Of a stretch of DNA of 30,046 bases, positions 27,501-30,046 are shown piece after piece (within the stretch, counting starts at the first letter, position 1; every line of letters starts with the position of its first letter). The notes under the pieces are model-generated. The model saw only the letters and a program-made list of their open reading frames with translations, did no database searches and had not been told where the DNA came from. Location of the stretch: contig JANOTL010000222.1 of the NCBI GenBank assembly GCA_031416315.1, positions 1 through 30,046 on the forward strand, written 5' to 3'. The stretch comes from Pseudomonadota bacterium. GTDB lineage: Bacteria > Bdellovibrionota_B > Oligoflexia > Oligoflexales > CAIYRB01. A program made the position numbers and the translations under genes.

Positions 27501-27528
27501 AAGGGCCCCGCGCAAGCGGGGCCCTTTT
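27501..27528 (+). terminator. Rho-independent terminator after the C25 peptidase
   Basis: AAGGGCCCCGC-GCAA-GCGGGGCCCTT then TT: 11-bp stem, GNRA loop, T-run. Confidence 0.85.
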
Positions 27529-27599
27529 CGCTATTGCGGGCCCGGGGACCATGGCATCCTGGCCCACTGAGCTTTCTGCGTGCGCAATTCGGGGCCCCC

Positions 27600-29018
27600 T
27601 TGAGCGGCGACTCACAAACCACTCCACACCGTCGCCGCGTCGCTCTCAATCTCGTCGCCAACGTCTCCGTCCAGGTCCTGAACAAGCTTTTTCCGATCTT
27701 CGTCTATGCCTATGCGCAACGGCAGCTCGGAACCATCGGCTTGGGCCACGCCCTCTTCGCCATCGCGCTCGTCGACTGGACGACGCCGATCATCGAAGCG
27801 GGTACCGGCAGCTACGGCCAGATCCTGGTCGGACGCGAGCATACGCAACCGGACCGGATGCGCCGCCTCCTCGGCGAGATCATGGCGATTCGCTGGATCC
27901 ATACCACGGTCGCCTTCCTCGGCCTGCTTTTGATCTTGGCGGGACCGTATGCCGACTACCGGGAGACGGCATTGGCGGTCTCCTTCATGGCCTTCGCCAC
28001 CGCGATCGATATGTCCTATGTCCAGAGCGGCACCCAACGCATCTGGGCCTTGAGCCTCTTGAATGCCGGCAGCAAGATGCTTGTCTTCGTGCTGCTCTTC
28101 ATCGTCGTGCGCGACACGGAGGATCAGATCGCTTTCGCCATGTTGCTCGCTGCAGGCAACGCGTTCTTCTGTCTCGGCACATTTACGGCAGGCGTCCGCC
28201 GCTGGCGTCCGCTTTGGCCCACGCGGGCGGGTCTCTTTTCGACCTACCGAGCCATTCTGCCCTTCGCGCTCGCGGTAGCCCTCGCCTACAGTCTCGACAA
28301 ATTCGACTACCTGCTCGTCGAAGCGCAGTCGACGCCGGTCGAAATCGGCCTCTACGGCGGCATCAGCCGCGTCTTCATCTCGATTCAGGCGCTCTTGCCG
28401 GCGCTCGGCTTAGCCTTCGGAGCCGAAATGCTCGGCGCGCGCGACCCCGAGACGTTTCGTCAACAAGTCGAGCGCAGCCTCGGTGTCCTGGCCCTCGTCG
28501 TCGCGCCGATCGCCGTCGGAGTCTGGTTCATGGCCGGCCCGCTGCTGACTTTGCTCTACGATCCCAGTTACACGGAGGCCTCGACGGCCTTCAGCCTGCT
28601 TTGTCTGTCCTGTGTTCCCTATGCATTCTTCTTCGCGCTCGGGCTCCAGGCGCTGACGACGCGCGGCGCAATCAAGCACGTCAACGGCGCCATGGCCCTC
28701 GGCCTGGCCCTCGGCGTCGCTCTCGGTCTCGTGCTCGTGCCACGCATGGGATTGGCAGGCGCCGCACTCGCGGTCGTCGGTGCGAAGTCGGCGGCTTTGG
28801 CCGCCTTGATTCCCGCCGCCCCCTCCATCCTGCCGACCAAAAAGCTCCTCGCGGTCACCTTGCCGAGCTTTCTGGCCGCCGGCCTCATGGGGCTCGGCCT
28901 TTGGCGGCTCGGCACTTCGAATCTTTGGCAAACCCTGATTCTCGGGGCTCTGCTTTACGTTCCTGCGGCGCTCCTCTTCAACGCCAGATGGCTTTGGCCC
29001 CTGGTGCGCCGCCGTTAA
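27600..29018 (+). CDS. Wzx-like oligosaccharide flippase (polysaccharide biosynthesis/MOP family)
   Basis: About 12-14 TM segments; R.LG...G, DKFDYLLV..., EIGLYG, PLL.LLY...Y..A, LVPRMGLAGAALA. Start uncertain (TTG 27600 or 27534). Confidence 0.85.
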   Translation: MSGDSQTTPHRRRVALNLVANVSVQVLNKLFPIFVYAYAQRQLGTIGLGHALFAIALVDWTTPIIEAGTGSYGQILVGREHTQPDRMRRLLGEIMAIRWIHTTVAFLGLLLILAGPYADYRETALAVSFMAFATAIDMSYVQSGTQRIWALSLLNAGSKMLVFVLLFIVVRDTEDQIAFAMLLAAGNAFFCLGTFTAGVRRWRPLWPTRAGLFSTYRAILPFALAVALAYSLDKFDYLLVEAQSTPVEIGLYGGISRVFISIQALLPALGLAFGAEMLGARDPETFRQQVERSLGVLALVVAPIAVGVWFMAGPLLTLLYDPSYTEASTAFSLLCLSCVPYAFFFALGLQALTTRGAIKHVNGAMALGLALGVALGLVLVPRMGLAGAALAVVGAKSAALAALIPAAPSILPTKKLLAVTLPSFLAAGLMGLGLWRLGTSNLWQTLILGALLYVPAALLFNARWLWPLVRRR

Positions 29019-29041
29019 CTCTTTCTTGGTTCGGGATTCGC

Positions 29042-29932
29042 ATGTTGATCCATCGCCTCCGCCGCGCCAGCCAGATCTTCACCTCGCCGACCTACCGACG
29101 CGTGCTGATCTGCCGCTTGCTGTGCCATCTGCTGCATCGGCTGAATCCGAGCCTGCGGTATCTCGGGATGACTGCGGGCGACGAGACCACATTTTTGCAT
29201 CTGCGGGACAACGTCGTCACCCCATACACGGTCGCGGTCGGCGACTTCGCGCGCGGTGATCTCCTGAGGGTGATCGCGCTTTGTGAAGGCATCGGCTCGC
29301 CGATGGGCGGCACCTTCCTCGACATCGGCGGCAACATCGGCACGACGACGCTCTACGCCATGCGCTCCGGGAAGTTCAACCGCGGCCTCTGCGTCGAGCC
29401 CGAGCCGGAGAATCTCCGGCTCGTGCGCCTCAACATGGAGGCCAACGGGCTCGCGGACCAGGTCGTCGTCCGCGCCAACGCCGTCTCGAACAAGCGCGGC
29501 GTGATGCAGCTCGCCCTTTCGCGCTCCAACTTCGGCGACCACCGCGTCGTCAGCACGAAGGCGAAGGCCGCACAGGCGACCATCGACGTCCAGGTCGAGA
29601 CCCTGGACGACATCCTGAAGGCGGAAAACATCGCCCCGGAAGGGGTGTCTCTCGTCTGGGTGGACACCCAGGGTCACGAAGGCTTCGTCATGAGCGGCGC
29701 TAAGACCCTGATCGCCAAGCGTGTGCCCTTCTGCATCGAGTTTTGGCCGCAGATCCTGAAAGAGACGCGAGGCTTCGAGCTACTCCTCGAGATCATCGAG
29801 CGCGACTTTGAGAAATTCGTCGACCTGGGCGCCGGCGACGGCAGCGCGCGACCGACGAGCGAAATTCGCGCCTTCGCCGAGCGGTTCGACGGCACGATGT
29901 ACCACACAGATCTCTTCTTGGTGCCACGCTGA
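29042..29932 (+). CDS. FkbM family methyltransferase
   Basis: FLDIGGNIGTTT, VEPEPEN, ETLDDIL, WVDTQGHEGFVMSGA, IEFWP. Start reset to ATG 29042. Confidence 0.9.
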   Translation: MLIHRLRRASQIFTSPTYRRVLICRLLCHLLHRLNPSLRYLGMTAGDETTFLHLRDNVVTPYTVAVGDFARGDLLRVIALCEGIGSPMGGTFLDIGGNIGTTTLYAMRSGKFNRGLCVEPEPENLRLVRLNMEANGLADQVVVRANAVSNKRGVMQLALSRSNFGDHRVVSTKAKAAQATIDVQVETLDDILKAENIAPEGVSLVWVDTQGHEGFVMSGAKTLIAKRVPFCIEFWPQILKETRGFELLLEIIERDFEKFVDLGAGDGSARPTSEIRAFAERFDGTMYHTDLFLVPR

Positions 29933-29946
29933 AATCTTGGTGCTTG

Positions 29947-30046
29947 CTCGCGCTCGCGCCTCGCGCTCGCGCCCGTGATGGCGAACGTCGTCGTGGACGT
30001 ATTCGTCGTCGCGCTCGATCACGATCACGACGACGATGACGATGAC
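29947..30046. repeat. Low-complexity tandem and inverted repeat segment, truncated by the window end
   Basis: CTCGCGCTCGCGC x2 (29947-29972); perfect 10-bp inverted repeat CGTCGTCGTG (29986-29995) / CACGACGACG (30026-30035); GATCAC and GATGAC hexamer runs. Confidence 0.65.

Noticed and set aside
27551..29041. Apparent 793-aa FkbM fusion protein
   Set aside because: The N-terminal part is an Arg/Pro-rich alternate frame of the flippase gene; the real FkbM most likely starts at ATG 29042.

Overview
High-GC bacterial chromosomal window, almost fully coding. The gene mix suggests a Bdellovibrionota/Oligoflexia-like or other deltaproteobacterial-type Gram-negative; this is inference only. From left to right: (1) a repeat-rich intergenic segment; (2) a minus-strand operon with a CxxCH lipoprotein, a PDZ-less trypsin-like protease and an FHA membrane protein, divergent from a second CxxCH lipoprotein and a Tat His-rich lipoprotein, with a sigma54-type promoter on each side; (3) sixA and a partial complex I operon nuoCD-E-F-G-I that lacks nuoA/B/H/J-N; (4) a minus-strand run of a GspG-domain secreted protein, an alkaline-phosphatase-superfamily enzyme, a GT-C-like membrane protein and two coupled 6TM class III nucleotide cyclase homologues; (5) aspS, a TPR protein and ridA; (6) an orphan phage/eCIS tail-tube (gp19-like) gene with an N-terminal export signal, overlapping a Cys-paired lipoprotein; (7) a SAM methyltransferase, a gingipain-like C25 protease with a P-domain, a Wzx-like flippase and an FkbM methyltransferase. 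The best candidates for undescribed biology are the signal-peptide-bearing, hairpin-deleted tail-tube protein with its lipoprotein partner, and the complementary cyclase pair with a guanylyl-cyclase-like specificity signature. No rRNA, tRNA, CRISPR array or transposase was seen. All family calls come from motifs recognised by eye, not from database searches.
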